A DNA stretch of 64,000 nucleotides from an uncultured Candidatus Saccharibacteria bacterium (GTDB lineage: Bacteria; Patescibacteriota; Minisyncoccia; Phycocordibacterales; CAYSCM01): contig CAYSCM010000001.1 of assembly GCA_964429815.1 (NCBI GenBank), positions 160,001 to 224,000 of the forward strand, written 5' to 3'. Positions 41,738 through 50,443 of this stretch are shown here, piece by piece; positions within the stretch are counted from its first letter, which is position 1, and every line of letters begins with the position of its first letter. The notes under the pieces are model-generated. The model saw only the letters and a program-made list of their open reading frames with translations. It had not been told where the DNA came from and made no database searches. The translations under genes and the position numbers were made by a program.

Positions 41738-44182
41738 TTATGGAATCCTACCGAGAGTGTGGAAGAGACGTCCCCCTTGGCTATTTCCAAAGTTTGCTAG
41801 CGCAAGTATGGCAGGATCGGTCGCACCCGCGTTTCGGCGATTAATTACTTCTTGCATAATGGCATTACCAGCACCCACATCAGCGCCTGCTTTCATCATT
41901 TCTCGAAGCGCTTCTTGTTTTAGGTGAGGAACAAGCTCGGGAAGGAGGGTGGCTCTCGTACTTGAATCGTCATAGAGACCCAGCGCCATTTTGGCCATTG
42001 CCTTGGGATCAACCCGCAACTTCTTAATATCCGTACCAAAGGTTCCAATCGCTCCATGGCCCAGAGACTCTTTAAGGAAATCCCCTCGCTGTTTACCAAG
42101 TGCCGCTTTAATACTGGCGGCGATCTTGTCGCTTTTCATAACCTCGTCGTATTTATCCTGGGACAGTGTCCTCGCCAAGGTGTCGATTTGTCCAGCGAGG
42201 GCCTTTTCAGTAATTATGAGCTCGAGCTCTTTATTGTTTACCTTGTCGAATTTCTTTATTAACTCCTCGTCTTCCGCTGAAAGATGGCCAGGAATTGCGG
42301 CCGCTGCCGCACGTGCAGCATTTTCCAGAAGTTCTTTGTGACGAGCGGTGGTTACTTTATCGCGCATTTCGTCGGTGTACTTATCATTTTTCACATCAGA
42401 TATGGATAGATACTGTGAAGAGGTAAGATTCTTCGCTACCCAGTCTTTTGTCAAAGTCTTCACCCCCAAAGAGGCCAGCTGCGTATCACTCATCGCACCA
42501 AGAGCTCGAAGACCTTTTGCTTCAGCTTCTTGTTTTTGTGCGTCTGTGTATTTTGTTGGATTCTCACTGATCTCAATCGCGCGCTCAATGTCGTCGCGGA
42601 AGTCTGCCTCCCTGCGTACCGCAGCACGCCCGAGCTTTTCCTTCTTAACCTCTTCCTTGATCGCGACTCCTGATTTAGTCGTTCCAAACTTAGCACCTGC
42701 AATTAGGCCGGTGGTGTACTTGCGGGCAAGGGAACCCAACTGGGTCCCACCAATAAGGCGTGACTGAGCGAGCCTTTGATCAAGGTTCGCAATGGGCCTG
42801 CCAATTGCATTGCGGGCCAGGAAGCCACCGCCGTATTTGCCGATAGATTTTACAGTAAAGTTGATTGCATTCAGGCCTTCATTGCCAATTTTTTTTGCAA
42901 CCGATAGGGTTAGAAGTGATAATCCAATAACAACTGCAAAGTTTATTAGCAATTGGATTGATCCGGGGGCAGTAGCCGCCGAGCTTCCGTCCGCTAGGTC
43001 CGCAAACGTTCCATTACCAATAGCGGTTTGAAATGCTGGATTTTTCATTACACCCAACACGAACCACAATAATCCAAAGTAGGCCGGTAGCATTATCGCA
43101 TTTGACCAAAGCGCCCCCCACCACTGGTTCCATAGTCCACCGAAGAAGGGTAAAAAACGAGCAAGCACAGCTAACGGAGAGGTGACCATTAGCACAAGGA
43201 ATACAATAATTCGCCCAATTATATGTAAAGCAGCGATGAGGAATGAATAGGCAAGGATTATAAAGAGAATGCAGCCAAGCATACTCAAAAGAAAACTATT
43301 GCCATTACTGAGCAGGGCGGCCGCCCTACTGCCGGTGAAGTTTTTCAAATCATATAAAGACCCCATCCGTAAAACTTGCATAAACTGTCCCGATAGCCCG
43401 ACATCCGAGTTTAGAAATTGATCAGTCTGCCCCTTCGCAAGTAACTGAGTGTAGAACTGTGTTGAAATATAATTACTTGCATCGATTACGACCCTTGTTA
43501 GAGCGAAGCTAAAATTTATCAGTAACGCCGCTATTACCACGTTCGCCAAAAGTTTTTTTGCCCCGTATTGTTGTACCCGCAATATGGTGGAAATGCCGAT
43601 AATCAAAAGGCTGAAAATAAGAACAATATTCGCCACATCACGAATGGTCATCCAAAATCCGTCGAGAGTACCGAAGGTCTTTATTGTTGTTCCAAAGTCA
43701 AGAACACCCCACACCACCACCTTGTTCAAGAAGAACCCGGCAACTCCCAGAATCCAAGCAAACAAGGTTAGGAATGCGTACCCAATACATCCGATGGAAA
43801 TATCAGGAATAAAGCCGACGTACGGGTCACAGTTGGGTGGCTTACTTCGTATATCGTCACCCTTTTTCTTTGAGGCATCGGCTGCTTGTGTATCGGTACT
43901 TTCCCTTACGTCTGCATCACTCACAGCGTCACCCTTTACGGTAATTAAGGAACCATCGGCCGCACGATAAAAATACGGATCAGTTATGTTTTTCCCTGGG
44001 CCAAGCAATGTATAGGTCTTTCCATTCCAAGTGCAAGCTGGGGGGTAGTTGTTTGCGCCAGTGGCTGTGCAAAGAGGGTCCGCGGCGAGAGCAACTTCTG
44101 TATGTAGTGAAAAGCCATACCCAACCACAAAAGACTTTAAGATGAAAATTGTGAGTAGTAATGTTGAAACAGCTTTTCTCAT
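41738..44182 (-). CDS. VirB6/TrbL-like polytopic T4SS membrane protein with extracellular N-domain and long coiled-coil C-terminal extension
   Basis: Signal peptide. Cys-containing ecto-domain. Six to eight TM helices between residues about 140 and 440. Then about 370 charged and coiled-coil residues. Confidence 0.5.
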   Translation of the reverse strand: MRKAVSTLLLTIFILKSFVVGYGFSLHTEVALAADPLCTATGANNYPPACTWNGKTYTLLGPGKNITDPYFYRAADGSLITVKGDAVSDADVRESTDTQAADASKKKGDDIRSKPPNCDPYVGFIPDISIGCIGYAFLTLFAWILGVAGFFLNKVVVWGVLDFGTTIKTFGTLDGFWMTIRDVANIVLIFSLLIIGISTILRVQQYGAKKLLANVVIAALLINFSFALTRVVIDASNYISTQFYTQLLAKGQTDQFLNSDVGLSGQFMQVLRMGSLYDLKNFTGSRAAALLSNGNSFLLSMLGCILFIILAYSFLIAALHIIGRIIVFLVLMVTSPLAVLARFLPFFGGLWNQWWGALWSNAIMLPAYFGLLWFVLGVMKNPAFQTAIGNGTFADLADGSSAATAPGSIQLLINFAVVIGLSLLTLSVAKKIGNEGLNAINFTVKSIGKYGGGFLARNAIGRPIANLDQRLAQSRLIGGTQLGSLARKYTTGLIAGAKFGTTKSGVAIKEEVKKEKLGRAAVRREADFRDDIERAIEISENPTKYTDAQKQEAEAKGLRALGAMSDTQLASLGVKTLTKDWVAKNLTSSQYLSISDVKNDKYTDEMRDKVTTARHKELLENAARAAAAAIPGHLSAEDEELIKKFDKVNNKELELIITEKALAGQIDTLARTLSQDKYDEVMKSDKIAASIKAALGKQRGDFLKESLGHGAIGTFGTDIKKLRVDPKAMAKMALGLYDDSSTRATLLPELVPHLKQEALREMMKAGADVGAGNAIMQEVINRRNAGATDPAILALANFGNSQGGRLFHTLGRIP

Positions 44183-45840
44183 ATCGTTTGTTGTTGCGGG
44201 AAGGCGTAGCAGGCATCGAGCCTCTGCAAGGCGTCCTGAATGAGCGGATTTATTTCGGCGAGCATGTCGGACTGCTCTTGCTGCGCTGTTGCGATATCGG
44301 CATCGGAGGGGAGCGCGCCGGAGGATGTGAGTGCAGTGAACTGGGCCGAAGCGGCATCGAGCTCGTCGGGAGAAGTTGCATTCTGTATCTGGGATTCAAG
44401 TTGATACGCCTGGTTGATAGCACCCTGTGTTTTGGCGATTTGAGCCGAGAGAGCCACCTTCTTGGTCGTGACGAGGCTCGCCTGCGTCGTCGAGGCGGCG
44501 AGAATGCTTCGCTGCGCCGTCGCTAGGTCGGTGGAGCTGAGGGAAGAGCTGGCAATTTTGTTCCGGTAACAGTCAATGAGGCTCCCGAAATCGCTGTCGG
44601 CGATGAGCACTTGGTTTAGCGTCGCCTGCTTGACGCTTATGTACTGCTGGGCTTTAGCGATCGAGACATCGACGAGCGAGAGACCCGCACTTTGACGCCC
44701 CGAAATTTCTGCTGATTGCGCGTTGGCGACGTAGACGTCAAGTGCGGTACCGCCGCCAAACTGGCCGTTTTGCGTCGAGAGACCCTTGACGCCGCCGAGC
44801 GCGAGAAGGCCTTGCTTGATGAGCTGTCCGACGAGCGCGGAGATGATGGAGTTTATGTCATTGGCGAGCTCGAGCTGGTCTATATCGGTGCCTAGGACTT
44901 TTGAGAGCTGATCTTGTATCGCCGCTCCCGGGGTGACGATGGTGCAATTTGCTTTCGGGTCCGTTTTATAAGGATCTTGTCCAGGATAGTAGGTCGTGAA
45001 GGTGCCGCCGGTGCCGCTTGTTCCGTCGCTGTAGGTGGTTATAGGTGATTGGCTGCTGCACTGTTTGAACGAGAAGAAGCCGCGGCCGAACTCAAGAAGC
45101 TTCGTGTTGGTGTACTGCGCGCTCGCGATACGCACGGAGAGCTCGCTCTGTGCCATGAGGTAGGAGCCATAGGGATTGTTTTGCGGATTGGTTGTCATCG
45201 CAAACCACGCGGGCCAACCGCCGGCAGCAAAATTCGTGAACGCACTGTTGACGTTTCCGACGACGCTTGAGAGTGTGCAGCGCGCTTTGTTTTGGTACGG
45301 TTGGAAATTAAGCGCGAGCGCGACGCGCACCTGGAGCTGAAAGGGGGAACACAGGAATGAGAGTTCGGAGCCGTAAATAAATTCTCCTATCACCTGGTCG
45401 GCGACGTTGGTGAGGAATCCTTGAAGGTCGGTGACGAAGGCGGGATTCCCCTGAAAGCCGTTGTTTATCCAATTGACGATGCTTCTGGTGAGCTGCGCAA
45501 GGAGCGTCTTGGCGATGAGGATGATGATGGGCTTAATAACACAGTCATGAATGGTCGCGCTTTCGGTCGCGCCCTGGATGCCACCGCTCGCGATATGGAG
45601 ATACTTGTCTACGGCTGGGACATCAGCAGCTTGAAGTCCTATAGAACTGACCCCCGTTGCCTTGCCCTGAATAAGGGAGCTTAGGCAGAAAGCCGTATCG
45701 GGGCCGGCGGGAGTCTGAGCACTCGCCCTCTGGGGGAAGAAAGAAATAGCGGCAGCCCATGGCGCCAGAAGCACGACGAGGAGGAGCCCGGCGATTTGCC
45801 TTTGCATTGAGCCACGGATTGTAGAAATAAGCCCCCTCAT
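44179..45840 (-). CDS. Secreted hypothetical protein (553 aa) with coiled-coil C-terminus
   Basis: Signal peptide LLLVVLLAPWAAAISFF. Gln/Ala-rich C-terminal coiled coil. Confidence 0.45.
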   Translation of the reverse strand: MRGLISTIRGSMQRQIAGLLLVVLLAPWAAAISFFPQRASAQTPAGPDTAFCLSSLIQGKATGVSSIGLQAADVPAVDKYLHIASGGIQGATESATIHDCVIKPIIILIAKTLLAQLTRSIVNWINNGFQGNPAFVTDLQGFLTNVADQVIGEFIYGSELSFLCSPFQLQVRVALALNFQPYQNKARCTLSSVVGNVNSAFTNFAAGGWPAWFAMTTNPQNNPYGSYLMAQSELSVRIASAQYTNTKLLEFGRGFFSFKQCSSQSPITTYSDGTSGTGGTFTTYYPGQDPYKTDPKANCTIVTPGAAIQDQLSKVLGTDIDQLELANDINSIISALVGQLIKQGLLALGGVKGLSTQNGQFGGGTALDVYVANAQSAEISGRQSAGLSLVDVSIAKAQQYISVKQATLNQVLIADSDFGSLIDCYRNKIASSSLSSTDLATAQRSILAASTTQASLVTTKKVALSAQIAKTQGAINQAYQLESQIQNATSPDELDAASAQFTALTSSGALPSDADIATAQQEQSDMLAEINPLIQDALQRLDACYAFPQQQTI

Positions 45841-46805
45841 GAAGAAAGCGTAAGCTTGAGGTTATTCACGAGCATAAAGCTTCCTAGGGTGCGGAAGGAC
45901 TGGTTGAGCGCGGCTTCTCGCGCCTCATAGCCGCTCATGGCGACGAAGGCGACGAGAGGGTCGGTCGCGATGGTCTCGAGGTCGGCGAGCGTTGCCTTCA
46001 TGCCCGAGAGAGCGTTGAGGAGTCCCACATGTGCCGAAAGTGCGTCGCGCGGAACGTTCATCGACACGAGCGCGCGGATACTTTCCCCATAGAGCGCGAC
46101 GTCGTGCTTGTAGGTCATCATCCCGTTTGGATCTTGACCGCTGATGGCATTCTGGAGCGTGAGAAGCTCGTACTCTTTGATGGAAAGGACCGGTGCGAGC
46201 GCGGCGCTGAGGGCACGGTTGTATGCGGCAAGCGTCGACGATGAGGTGCCGGTGACGGAAACGTCGCCGGCTGCGTACACCGTTGGTTTGGTCGCGACGT
46301 TGCCGCTTGCGGCTACGGCATTGACGACCGCCTGCTCATCCTCGGGGGTGAGCGTCTGGCCGCCCTGCTTTTTGCTCAAATAATTTTTGAACAGATTGAT
46401 GGCAAGCGCGTCGGTGTTGCTGAGGCCATTGCCGGGGGCGGTACGAGCGGTAAGGTCGAGCGTCGATCCTGGAGACGTGACAGACGGACTTTTTCCCTCC
46501 CCCGGTGTGAGAGGGTCGCGGCCCTGCGCGACTTCCTGTCCGTCGGAGACCCCGTCGCCGTCGGTGTCGGGATTGTGCGGATCGGTGCCGCGGAGTTGTT
46601 CTTCCCAGTCGGGAAGGCCGTCCCCGTCACTGTCCTTACTTGCCGACGCTATAAGAGCGCTACTTATAGCATCTTCCGAGCTCGCAAGTGAGGGGGAGGA
46701 TGGGGTTTTTGGTTGTAGGAGCGTGAAAAAGGCGACTAAGGCGACGAAAAGAGCCACCACAATGAAAACAAGTACCAGCCCTCTGCTTGGTAGCCACTTG
46801 TACAC
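45837..46805 (-). CDS. Membrane-anchored protein with thrombospondin-type-3-like Ca-binding repeats
   Basis: N-terminal TM. DSDGDGLPDWEE and DTDGDGVSDGQE aspartate-rich repeats. Confidence 0.45.
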   Translation of the reverse strand: MYKWLPSRGLVLVFIVVALFVALVAFFTLLQPKTPSSPSLASSEDAISSALIASASKDSDGDGLPDWEEQLRGTDPHNPDTDGDGVSDGQEVAQGRDPLTPGEGKSPSVTSPGSTLDLTARTAPGNGLSNTDALAINLFKNYLSKKQGGQTLTPEDEQAVVNAVAASGNVATKPTVYAAGDVSVTGTSSSTLAAYNRALSAALAPVLSIKEYELLTLQNAISGQDPNGMMTYKHDVALYGESIRALVSMNVPRDALSAHVGLLNALSGMKATLADLETIATDPLVAFVAMSGYEAREAALNQSFRTLGSFMLVNNLKLTLSS

Positions 46806-46877
46806 ACCTTAAGTATAAGCGCCGACCCTGTAATCCCTCGCTATTTTGCTGTGAATACCGGCGCACGTTCCACAGGA

Positions 46878-47381
46878 ATGAGCTATAGTTGGCTTATCAT
46901 GCGGAAAATCTCCCGTCTTGGAATCGTGACGCTCCTCCTCGGGGCATTTTTGCTTACGTTTTCGCCACTTTCCGGCGTTTTTGCTAAAACAGGCATGAGT
47001 ACAAACAAGGCATCGACGTTCGGCTTTATAGGGCTTGGAGCGTTAGGGCTTGGCATAGGAGCGTCTTTGTTTGGGAGCGGAGCGGGAACGGTAGCGAACG
47101 CACCAGCCGCCATCACCGCCTTCGGTGGGCTTATAACTAAAATAGTCCCTTGCACGAACGGCGGCTTCTGGATGCTTGTTGCCCAACCTCCCCCGAAACA
47201 ACCGACCATCCAAGCTCTGATCTGGACCCCCGCTACGCGGACTTATTTGTGGGGCCCTCCCCGCAAGGTGGGGCAATGGGTACTCGGCCGCTACGATATC
47301 CCCTACGCGTGCACCCAAGGACCACACATCCCAGCGCTCTATGGCTTTCGCATGACTATGGTCGGAACAAGCGCTATCTAA
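46878..47381 (+). CDS. Small secreted/membrane protein with Gly-rich hydrophobic segment (possible pilin-like)
   Basis: Signal peptide LGIVTLLLGAFLLTFSPLSGVFA, then FGFIGLGALGLGIGASLFGSGAG. Two Cys in the C-domain. Confidence 0.35.
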   Translation: MSYSWLIMRKISRLGIVTLLLGAFLLTFSPLSGVFAKTGMSTNKASTFGFIGLGALGLGIGASLFGSGAGTVANAPAAITAFGGLITKIVPCTNGGFWMLVAQPPPKQPTIQALIWTPATRTYLWGPPRKVGQWVLGRYDIPYACTQGPHIPALYGFRMTMVGTSAI

Positions 47382-47392
47382 CTGGCAATTAT

Positions 47393-48172
47393 TTAAAGCG
47401 CTTTCGCCAACGCAAGCCACGTTTCAAGTCCCACATCCTCGGCACGGGCTTTTTCGGAAAGTCTGAGGCGCGCGAAAAGCTCGAGGAGCTTTTCGCGCGG
47501 AGCAAACTTTTTCAGATTTCCAACGAGCTGTTTTCGTTTGCTCGAGAATCCCGCGCGAAGCAGTTTAAAAAATAATGCTTCGTCAGCGTCGGCGAAGTTC
47601 TTTCGTGAGATATCCTCGATATTCAAAACCGCGGAGTCGACCTTCGGAGTTGGCGCAAATGCGCCACGGGGAATTTTCGCTACGTAGCGGGGCCTTCCAA
47701 AAACTTTTACCGAAATGGAGAGAATACTTTCTTTTGTATCTTTGGCGATTCGCTTTGCCACATCGTCTTGCACGAGTAGCGTCATGCGCTCGGGAAATAT
47801 TGCGCTCGAAAGAAATGAGCGCAGAATTTCTCCCGTAATGTAGTAGGGAATGTTAGCGACCACTTTATATGCACCTGGCTTAAGGCCAAGCTTTGAAAGA
47901 GGAACATCGCGGATATCGGCGTTAATGAGCGTGAGTTTGTTACGCTCGATTTCCGTTTTAAATTTTTCTGAAAGAAGCGGAATGAGGTCGCGATCTTTTT
48001 CGATCGCGATGATATGGTGGGCCCGCAACAGTAGCTCTTGCGTAAGCACTCCCTGCCCGGGCCCGATCTCCAGAACGTTTTCTTCGGGGGTAATGTCGGC
48101 GGCGTCGACAATGCGCTTAAGCGCCGCTTGAGAGCGCAAAAAGTTTTGTCCTAAGGCCTTTTTTGCCTGCAT
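47393..48172 (-). CDS. rsmA: 16S rRNA (adenine1518/1519-N6)-dimethyltransferase
   Basis: LGQNFL motif. SAM-binding VLEIGPGQGVLT. KsgA fold length. Confidence 0.85.
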   Translation of the reverse strand: MQAKKALGQNFLRSQAALKRIVDAADITPEENVLEIGPGQGVLTQELLLRAHHIIAIEKDRDLIPLLSEKFKTEIERNKLTLINADIRDVPLSKLGLKPGAYKVVANIPYYITGEILRSFLSSAIFPERMTLLVQDDVAKRIAKDTKESILSISVKVFGRPRYVAKIPRGAFAPTPKVDSAVLNIEDISRKNFADADEALFFKLLRAGFSSKRKQLVGNLKKFAPREKLLELFARLRLSEKARAEDVGLETWLALAKAL

Positions 48173-48173
48173 G

Positions 48174-50108
48174 TCAGTCTAAATAGATCACCTTTCTCGG
48201 CATCTGCGGGTCGACCGTCTCGAGAAGATCCTCCGGTACGTCGGTGATGAACTCGGAGGGAACATTGACCTGACGTGCGCCGAACAGGGTGCGTACAGAT
48301 GCATACGAGAGGTAGAGTTTTTTGCGCGCGCGGGTGAGAGCCACGTAAAAGAGACGCCGCTCTTCCTCGTCGTCGCGTCTTTCATCGCCGAGCCCTTCGT
48401 GCGGGAAAAGCCCGTCTTCAAGGCCGGCAATGAACACGTAGTCGAACTCGAGGCCTTTGGCGGCGTGCACGGTCATAAGCCTGATGGCCGATTTCTTTTC
48501 ATCGAGCTCATCCTGCTCGCTTTGGAGCGCCGCATCGGAGAGCATCGTCTCGATGCCGGAGGGTATCGGCAGATGGTCATAGCGGCTCGCGAGCGTCGCA
48601 AGCTCGCGAATGTTCTCGAGTCGCTCGAGGTCTTCTTCCGTTCCTTTTTTCAAAAAATCCTCGATACCGGATGACTGCAGCGCTATTTTTACTACCTCGC
48701 TCGGAGATTTTGTTGCCACGGCCGCTTTTATTTTATCCAACGTGCTCGTGACAGCGGCGATTTTGGCGCGCATGTTTGCCGGTAACGTCTCTCTCTTACC
48801 TTCCAATAGTTTCAGGAGCGTCACCTTGCCGATACCGCGTGGCGGAAAACTGTACGCGCGCTTTACGTCCGAGATACTCTCACTGCCGAGCGCGAGCCGC
48901 AGATACGAGAGCACGTCCTTCACCTCCTTGCGCTCGAAGAAACGCACCCCGAGCACCTGGTAGGGAAGGTTTTCAGCCAGCATTGCCTCCTCTATAGCGC
49001 GCGACTGGAAGTTCGCGCGGTAGAGAACCGCGATTTCTTCCGGAGGGACGTACTGCAGAAGCTCTTTGGCGGTCGTCGCGATAAAGCGCGCTTCATCTAT
49101 CTCGTCATAGGCGCCATAGAGCGCCACCTTGTCCCCTTCAGGGTTGTCGGTGAAGAGGTTTTTTTCCTTTCGGCGAACGTTCTTTTTGATGATGTCGTTG
49201 GCGGCAGCAAGAATAGTCTTCGTCGAGCGATAGTTTTGTTCAAGCACTACGGTGCACACTCCAGAGTAATCCTTTTCAAAATTGAAAATGTGCTCGAGGT
49301 CCGCGCCGCGCCAGCTGTAGATGTTCTGGTCGATGTCGCCGACGACGCAAATATTCTTGTGTTTTCCGGCAAGGAGCTTTATGAGCTCGTACTGTACGCC
49401 GTTGGTGTCTTGGTATTCGTCGACATGGATGTACTTCCAGAGTCCCTGGTAGTAGTCGCGGATGGCGGAGTTTTCGCGCAGCAGGGTGAGGGTGCGCAGG
49501 AGAAGATCGTCGAAGTCGAGAGCCTTCTCTTCTCGCAGGGAGCGCTCGTACCGCTCCCACACCGCAAGAACGAGCCGTTTGAAAAAGTCGTTCCCCGGAT
49601 TCTCTCTAAACTGTGCGAGCGCAACCCCCTTCCCTTTCTCCCGCGAGATGGCCGAGAGAATACGGCGTGGCTCGAACTCCTTCGGATCGAACCCGGCTTC
49701 CGAGAGGGCTTCTTTCACCGCGCGAGTTGAGTCGGTGCGGTCGTAGATAGTGAAATTGCGGGGTATATTGAGGGCGCGGGAATTTTCTTTAAGGATGTGG
49801 ACGCCAAGGCTATGAAAGGTTGAAACAAAGGGGGCGCCCTCCGCGCGCATCAACGTGGAGCTTCGAAGGAGCGCGCGGACGCGCTCGCGCATCTCCTTGG
49901 CGGCTTTGTTGGTAAAGGTGACGGCGAGAATTTCATGGGGGGCGACGCCCGACTGAATGAGAACTCCGATACGATGTGTTATGACGCGGGTTTTGCCGGC
50001 CCCCGCTCCTGCGAGAATGAGGAGTGGGCCCTCGGTCTGAAGAACGGCCTTTTTTTGGACGGGATTGAGACCCTCGGTGAGCGAAGAAAAATCGCTTTTC
50101 ATCGGCAA
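48174..50108 (-). CDS. pcrA: ATP-dependent DNA helicase PcrA/UvrD
   Basis: LNPVQKKAV...LILAGAGAGKTRVITHRI. SF1 motifs throughout. 644 aa. Confidence 0.9.
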   Translation of the reverse strand: MPMKSDFSSLTEGLNPVQKKAVLQTEGPLLILAGAGAGKTRVITHRIGVLIQSGVAPHEILAVTFTNKAAKEMRERVRALLRSSTLMRAEGAPFVSTFHSLGVHILKENSRALNIPRNFTIYDRTDSTRAVKEALSEAGFDPKEFEPRRILSAISREKGKGVALAQFRENPGNDFFKRLVLAVWERYERSLREEKALDFDDLLLRTLTLLRENSAIRDYYQGLWKYIHVDEYQDTNGVQYELIKLLAGKHKNICVVGDIDQNIYSWRGADLEHIFNFEKDYSGVCTVVLEQNYRSTKTILAAANDIIKKNVRRKEKNLFTDNPEGDKVALYGAYDEIDEARFIATTAKELLQYVPPEEIAVLYRANFQSRAIEEAMLAENLPYQVLGVRFFERKEVKDVLSYLRLALGSESISDVKRAYSFPPRGIGKVTLLKLLEGKRETLPANMRAKIAAVTSTLDKIKAAVATKSPSEVVKIALQSSGIEDFLKKGTEEDLERLENIRELATLASRYDHLPIPSGIETMLSDAALQSEQDELDEKKSAIRLMTVHAAKGLEFDYVFIAGLEDGLFPHEGLGDERRDDEEERRLFYVALTRARKKLYLSYASVRTLFGARQVNVPSEFITDVPEDLLETVDPQMPRKVIYLD

Positions 50109-50147
50109 ACTATACCTCGCGCGACGCTCTTAAGAAAATGAGCAGCG

Positions 50148-50441
50148 CTATCCTTGAAGTTTTCTTGCGGCCACGAGAATTTTCGCGGCTTCTTCACTGA
50201 CGATGTGTTCGAAGTTTTTAAGGTGGGAGCACAAAAATTCATACACTTCCTCGGTCGAGGCGTTAGCGTCGATGAGGGAAGAAAGCTTAGAAACGTCCTT
50301 TTCTGAAAGTTCGCCAACGGAGCGCACCGAAACGGCCGCGAACACGGCCGTTGCTACGTCAGCGGATACTTCGGCCGCTCCCTCTGTAGTCAGTGTGTCG
50401 AGGGCGAGGAGTTCTGCGAGTGATTTTTGTTCGGAGTCCAT
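50148..50441 (-). CDS. Small acidic hypothetical protein
   Basis: 97-aa ORF between the large hypothetical gene and pcrA, same strand. Confidence 0.3.
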   Translation of the reverse strand: MDSEQKSLAELLALDTLTTEGAAEVSADVATAVFAAVSVRSVGELSEKDVSKLSSLIDANASTEEVYEFLCSHLKNFEHIVSEEAAKILVAARKLQG

Positions 50442-50443
50442 GA

